This document shows, piece after piece, positions 57,001-64,000 of a stretch of DNA of 64,000 nucleotides (positions are counted from its first letter, which is position 1; each line of letters opens with the position of its first letter). Made by a program: the position numbers and the translations under genes. Source of the stretch: the human T2T-CHM13v2.0 reference genome, Homo sapiens; assembly GCF_009914755.1 (NCBI RefSeq), contig NC_060930.1; one strand, 5' to 3'. The notes under the pieces are model-generated. The model saw nothing but the letters and a program-made list of their open reading frames with translations. It was not told the DNA's origin and did no database searches.

Positions 57001-57962
57001 TCCACCGTGGAAGTAAATACATGCTCTGAGTCAAAATAAAATAAGGCACAAGATACAAAACAAATTGGCAGTCTCACTTCTTTTTTCAATGCGCCTTAGT
57101 TTTATGAAAAATTAGGCTGCTACATTTATGCGATTGTGTGTTGACTTGCACATTCTTTTGGGTAAGGTTGTGAGAAGTAGATGAAAGACCAGGAAGAGCA
57201 AGCTTTTGAGCAAAACTGAGCTGAGACATTCTAGGACCACACACTACACCCAGCACAAGATGCTCCGTGATGCCAAGCGGCATTATGAAGAAAAGAAAGG
57301 CTTTATTTAACTTCGGCACCTTGTATATTGAGCGAAGAACATGAAGAAGGGGAGACCCAAAGATGGGGAAGGATACATTCAGGGGAAAAAATCGGGTAAC
57401 TAGAAGAGCAGCCAACTCTCTAGGCTGGGAAATTCCTGCCCCAGCTTTAAAGCCTGTTTCCCCCTTCCCCAGAGCCAGAGGGGGCCCCCAAACTCACCCC
57501 TTACTCCTCACCTGGAGCTTTTGCTTAAAGAATAGATTTTCTTTAAAACAATGCCTCCATGCCAAAAGGGGCAACTAGGAAATTAGAAGCCCCATATGCT
57601 ATGTATTTACTTTTTTAGAGCATACTCTATCTTGCATACTTTTCTCTTTTACCAGCCAAGACTAACCTACAAAGCACCTTATATTTTTCAAGAGAAAAAT
57701 AATGTTTTTTAGGAAATTGACTAGGCACAAATTATATCAAAAGCAGTATTTGAGGTGCTATAATTTTTGCCTAGATTTTTTCTTTTTAAAAAACTTTTTA
57801 ATGTTTTATATTTCAGACTTATGGCTTTTCACTTAGGGTGAAAAATCTCTGTTCATCCTTCATTCAGCTTTCTCAAATATTAACACCCATAACCACAGCC
57901 ATGATCAAAGTCAGCAAGTTAACAATGATCACACTATTAACTAATCTGTAGACTTCGTTCAA

Positions 57963-58172
57963 ACGTCTCTCTCCCCCACCTCCCTCTCTCTCCCTTTCTC
58001 TCTCTGCCTCTTCCTCTCCCTCCCTGTCTTTCTCCCTATCTCTTCCTCTCTCCCTCCCCGCCATCCTTCCCTGTCTTCTCTCCCCCTCTCCCTCCCTCTC
58101 TCTCGTTCTGTCTCCCTTCTCGCTCCGTCTCTCCCTGTCTCCCCTCCGTCTCTCTCTCTCTCTCCTCCTCCG
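57963..58172. repeat. CT-rich polypyrimidine tract
   Basis: About 210 bp that is almost entirely C/T. Confidence 0.9.
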
Positions 58173-58808
58173 CGTTGGTTTTACATGGTCCTGTTGCAGA
58201 CCTTCTTCCTCAAGAAAGTGAAGGGAACGTGGAGGGGCTGGACTGACTCTCTTCGCTAGTTCTGGCTTCGAAGACTCATAGAAGGACCCTGATGCGTAGA
58301 TGAACAATGACCTCAGACAAGGTCAACCAGCTCCCGCCAAAGAACAGAGTACCGGGCCCTGGGACCCCTGCACAGGTACGGGCCAGAAAACCAGCGAACC
58401 TTCTTCACCTCACAGCAGCTTCCCTGTCAGCGTGGCCTCCCTTCCGGCTCCACAATGGCGGGCCCGGAACAGACCTCCTGACTCCTCCCACTCCGTATCT
58501 ACTTATCAGGAAGTCGGACCAGCTCTACCCCTAAAACCCACCTCTCTCCACATCCACACGAGCCCGCCACCTCGTCTAGGCCACAGCCTTGCCTGGACTG
58601 AGGCAGGGACCTCCTTAGGAGCCTTTCCGGGTTCACTCTTGAGCCGCTACATCCGTTCCCTGACGCAGCTGCCAAGGTGACTTCTGAAGCAAAGCATCTC
58701 ATCAAAGGGCTTTGCTTTGTGCTGGCCGGAAAGTCCAGCTCCTCCCTGAGGACGACAGACCCCCCGGCGATCAGGACCCTGGCCACTTCTCAGACTTTAG
58801 CGCATCCA

Positions 58809-58926
58809 CTCCCAGCACCCCGCAAGACCCTCGCTCGCCCGCCTGCTCACCCACTAAGTCCTGCGGGCTCCCAGCACCCCGCAAGACCCTCGCTCGCCCG
58901 CCTGCTCACCCACTAAGTCCTGCGGA
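58809..58926. repeat. 59-bp tandem duplication, CpG-rich
   Basis: 58809-58866 is identical to 58868-58925. Confidence 0.95.
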
Positions 58927-59479
58927 GCTCCTGCTGCTCTTTGCCCTTCTGGCTCCCCTGCCAGGCCCCTCCTGGGTCTTCCTCACTCCCACCCCCACCC
59001 CATGTGCAGCCTGTCACTGTTTCCACAGCCCCCTCTGCAGGTATTCACAGCACTATCTCTAATGGGGGTTACCTTGTGCAGTTAATTGTTTGCTTGTTTT
59101 CGGTCTTACCACGACTTTAAGATTTGCAATGAAAAAATACAGGAAGAAAGAAAAAGAGAATAGCTAAGGAAGAGAAAGTGAGCCAGGGAGGCTCCAGGTA
59201 GGGACTTTATTTCAGAGTTGATTTTAGACATTTAGAATATCTGTGTAACAGTATTTGAAATTCTTTCACACGTTTAAAATAAATTTGAATTAATCAGAAG
59301 AAAAATTGGTTCCGTAAGAAAGTACTTCTGCTAGAAATAGCTCTACAGTTTGTAATTCTTATTTGTATTGAAAAACAGAACGAGTTAACTCTTTATATTA
59401 AATAGTCATTGTTCAGAAAGGAAAAATGAATTGAAAAGAGCTTTAATAACTTGATTTGCAAATTTGGGAAGAGGGGTGA

Positions 59480-59746
<267 letters not shown>

Positions 59747-59916
59747 TAAAAGGTCATTTTAGAAAATAAAAAGCAAAACAAAATTAAAAACTCTGCGTTA
59801 GGAACTTCTGTCCTATAAGATACTCATTTTAAATGCAAAAATGTTCATGATGACTAATATCTAACCTATGAAATACTTTCTCACCTCCACAACTTTCATT
59901 TCTCTCTCTGTTTTTT

Positions 59917-59971
59917 CACACACACAGACACATACACACACACACAGAGACACACACACACACACACACAC
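59917..59971. repeat. (CA)n microsatellite, interrupted
   Basis: Seen directly. Confidence 0.95.
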
Positions 59972-60529
59972 CCCAGGCACCCCTTGATAAAGATATAAGT
60001 GGCCCCTGTTGAGAGATGTGTGCTTCGGCCAAACGCCCAGGTCTCAGTCAGTAAGGAGGTAGCAGGCCCTGGGAACCACACTGAACTCAGGTTTCCTTGC
60101 TTGCAGAAGTTATTCAGTGCTTTTCTCCTTCCAGGAAACTGAAGTAACAAATGATTTTTCTGATTTGGGGATGCATGAACATATTTTGTCAAAAAGTGGC
60201 CGTATAAGATGGGGATTTTCTTTCCTACGAGATAAAAGCAATTCACATACACACAGACCTGATTCTGAGATGCGTCATCCTTTGAACGTGAATTCCTGTG
60301 GTTTTCGGAGTTCGTCCTGGAGAAGGGCTAGGTTGATCTGTCTCCTCAGAGCAGACTGCACAGCCTTCCCGAAGAAAAACATGCAGGGCCTAAAATATGA
60401 AAATATGGAAAAATTAAGGTTAAAGTCCACTGGACAGCAAGAGTTCCCCTGTTCCCGGGTATTTTCAAGACTCTCTTAAATGAAGGATTTGGATGTTGGA
60501 GTTCCTTCTCTTGCATCTTCCTTCCTTTG

Positions 60530-61500
60530 TTAAACATGTGCCAGACCCACTCCAGGGAACCAGCTCCCTAGAGAATGGCTGACTCCAGGGCTGAGGCAGG
60601 AAAAGTACAGGATCAGCCCCAAAGTAAGGAACTGCTCAAAACATGATGGGGACAAAAGGAAACAAGGACTAGTTTGAAGGAGCTGCCACTGGGCACACAT
60701 GAGACAAATTGAGCTTGAAAATGGCTCATGAAGGTAGTGGGTGACAACTCACTGGACAAAGAAACCAACCTGTGAGTACAGAATGCTGGCAGAAAACAAG
60801 CAAATGAAGGGGTGGGATCCATGAGAAAGCCTCTCCTTATAGAAGGCCAACTGATAAAGGAGTCAGAAAATGACTGCTTTGAAACCACCATAATAATTGT
60901 TGGCCCGGGCAAAGATCGTCGCTGAATATTAATATCATTCAGTGGAATTGTGGGGTGATATTTACAGTTGCCTAGTGCCTGCTCTTAAATTCCTTCCTAT
61001 CCAAGGATAGAAGGTGCCTTTCCAGAAGATAACTCTGGATGACACCACCTTAACCAAGTGATACCCAAACTGAGACGTCAGCAAAACAAAAAGACCCTGA
61101 GCACTTCAGAAACGAACTTTCAGCCTCATGGAACAAAGAAAGGCTAAGGACTGCTCCTGATTAAGGAAGTCTAAGGGGACATGACACCTAAATGCGACGC
61201 ATCACCCTAGATTGGATTTTGTGTTGAGGGGAAAAAGTTGCTTTTAAGGCAATTTTGTAACCATCAACAAAATTTGAATATTCACCACATATTAGATAAT
61301 AGCATTGTGTCAATGTTAAGTTTTCTAAATTTGATAATTGCACTGTAAATGTGTAGAATATAGAGATGGAGAGAGTTGGCATGGCTAAGTATCAATGGTG
61401 GGAGAATAGAGGGGAAGAGCATATAATCATTAACTTGTAATATTCTTGCAACTTTGCTGTAGGTTCTGAATGTTTTCAAAATAAAAAGTTTAATTAAAAA
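60530..61500 (+). mobile_element. L1MC-type 3' UTR fragments
   Basis: gaatggctgactccagggctgaggcagg; ttagataatagcattgtgtcaatgttaa; cttgcaacttt...caaaataaaaagtt. Confidence 0.65.
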
Positions 61501-61681
61501 TCTTAAGAGAAGTTGAATGAAGAATAATTTCTTTCTGAAATTACGACTATTTCACAGTAATATGTGCTTTTGTAACAATATTTGAAAGGTGATTGAAAAA
61601 ATGAAAGGTATCTGTTCTTTTGCCACACATACTTAACATTGCAAACATTTAGAATGAATTTAGAAATAAATATATTTATTT

Positions 61682-62024
<343 letters not shown>

Positions 62025-63624
62025 TCAGGTGCAAATACCCAGTATGCCTACTCCCAGAGCATGCTGGAGTGTCTTCTGGGAAGCGCAGAAGCAAAGTCAA
62101 GTTTGTTGTACAAGCACAGGCCCAGCGTGGCTGTGGCTGTTCATCATTCTCACAGGATAGCGGGATGTTTTAAACTCAGCTGGTGAAGTGAACTCTGAGA
62201 ATGGTCCTAAGCCATTCACAGCTACCTGTTTGAAGATGGTGAATCAAGGCCAAGTCAAGTGAGATGGGGTGCAGCCTGACAGGCTCCCCCAGCTGGAGGG
62301 TGGCTCACAGCAGGGTTCAGGGTCCCCATGTGCATGGCCTGCTCCTCAAAAAGCAATGAAATGCTACGTTAGGGCCATTGTTCAGACTTGAGGCCCCAGA
62401 GTTATGCTTCCCTGACTAGAAGAGACGAAAACCTTGCCCTGACGGATGGAGGAATGAAACTGTTGATTATCGTCAGTTGTTTACTTGGTGCCAGAGGAGA
62501 CATAGGTCAGTTTCATCTATGTTATCTAACAACAGATGTATATAAGAAAAAAGCAGAGAGGGAAGACAGCAATGCAGGCAGTTTGCACACTTGGGATCAG
62601 CTTATTTGCTGTCAGCTGGCAAGGAGATCCACGAGGAGCAGGTCAGCTGGGATTCCAGCAGAAGTGCCTCCAGGTGTTGATGGACTTTGCAGAAACCTTG
62701 CAATGAGCTTTGGCACACACGTGTCAAGCCATCCCTGTGTCTGCCAGTGTCTGGTCAGCAACTGCACTTCAGTGAGGCCGTCTCTGCCCATTTCCCCCAT
62801 CGTGCTTTCCAACTATGAGCCTGAGGCTAATGGCAAGACTCCATCCTAGGGACAGGGAGAGTGCCATCGCTGTTCTTCCTAGGAGGGTAAGGGCCTGTGC
62901 TCAGGAGTGAGTCACACCAGGAGATGTGACTCTAATATCATCTGCCCCATCCTCAACTGTCAGTGCTAGACCAAAGCGCTCTTTGTGGATCTTAGAAGAA
63001 CCATATTTGCTCTAAGACCAGGCTGTCTGAAGCCAGAGTGCTATCTGGGCTCAGGGCTGGGAAGAAGGGTTTCTTTAGTCCCAAGTGGGCAGAACACAGG
63101 CTCACACTGAAGAGCAAACACTATAGTAGAGACCAGGATGCCGACATTTGGAGCTGGGCAACACGGGGCAGTTGAAGCCTTGGCCACCAGAACAGACTGC
63201 CTGGATGCAGAACTTCCTTATGGCAACAGCACCAGGAGTTGAAGAGTTTCTCGCCCACCGAGGAAGGCTCAGGAGCTGCCAGTGTACTGAGGAGGAGAGG
63301 GAACTGGGAGACCAGACTCTGCAGCTCCCCCAGGTAGGTTAATGGAAATGCTCCTAGCATGCACACCCTTAAATAGCCTTCAGGTCCAGAAGAGCCTTCT
63401 GGAGTCAGGGTTGTTAGCTGATTTGACCTGAGATAATGGCTTATTTGACCTGAGATTATTCTAGAAGGCATTTTTCTCACTTAAGGATTGTGGACTATTA
63501 GATTACACCATATTAAGCAAATCCTGCTACTTTTGGACAAGGAAATATGCTCATACTGTAGCCACATCAGTCTGAGTTACAAATATACTAGATTTGTCAG
63601 CCTGGCCACAAACCATCTCAGAAA

Positions 63625-63795
63625 CACAAAACTTTAGAATTGGAAAGGATCCTAAGGATTATTTAATCCAAGTGCATGTTCTACAGATAAGGTGGCTGAG
63701 GCCAAGAGAAGCACAGGAGTGTCATTCCCAAGTGATTCTATGGATTGAAAAGCTGAAACCAAAGCTAGATTCCAGGTCTTCTGATTTGCAGGTGA
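63625..63795 (-). mobile_element. MIR/MIR3-like
   Basis: tttagaattggaaaggatcctaagg...tacagataaggtggctgaggccaagagaa. Confidence 0.6.
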
Positions 63796-63907
63796 ATTAT
63801 CTATCAGCATCATGTGGTTACCTCCCTATTTACTGCTAAATAATTGTCTCTCAATAAGTGAGTGTATGTGTGATATTCATGCATTTTAGCCTCTTTATAA
63901 TTATTGT

Positions 63908-63951
63908 GGTATACATATACTACATATATATATGTAGTATATGTGTATATG

Positions 63952-64000
<49 letters not shown>
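63908..64000. repeat. (TA)-rich lead-in and (CA)n microsatellite
   Basis: Seen directly. Confidence 0.95.

Noticed and set aside
57873-58307. R/E/G-rich 144-aa ORF
   Set aside because: It is the antisense translation of the CT-rich tract.

Overview
This is primate (human-like) genomic DNA, rich in interspersed repeats: AluJ/S/Y, L1PA/L1PB/L1MB/L1MC/L1ME, L2, MIR, MaLR and ERV1 LTRs, hAT MERs and microsatellites. I can support no intact protein-coding gene. The main signal is at 1-9710 on the + strand. Eight repeat-free islands, mostly bounded by GT/AG splice signals, give a collinear domain order when read across frameshifts and stops: leucine-rich repeats, LRRCT cysteine cap(s), a transmembrane segment, then TIR motifs (box 1, box 2, S-x-W-C-x-x-E, L-x-x-L-M, W-P...W). 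This looks like the 3' part of a heavily decayed multi-exon Toll-like-receptor-like pseudogene that continues upstream of the window. A second candidate fossil gene lies at about 19926-21080 (TATA, short exon, 82-nt intron, decayed coding-like sequence, Cys/Thr/Glu 18/36-bp repeat). There are also several small rearrangement scars: a 56-bp-arm palindrome, short templated duplications and deletion junctions. Repeat subfamily names come from recalled consensus motifs, not an alignment, and boundaries of old repeats are approximate.
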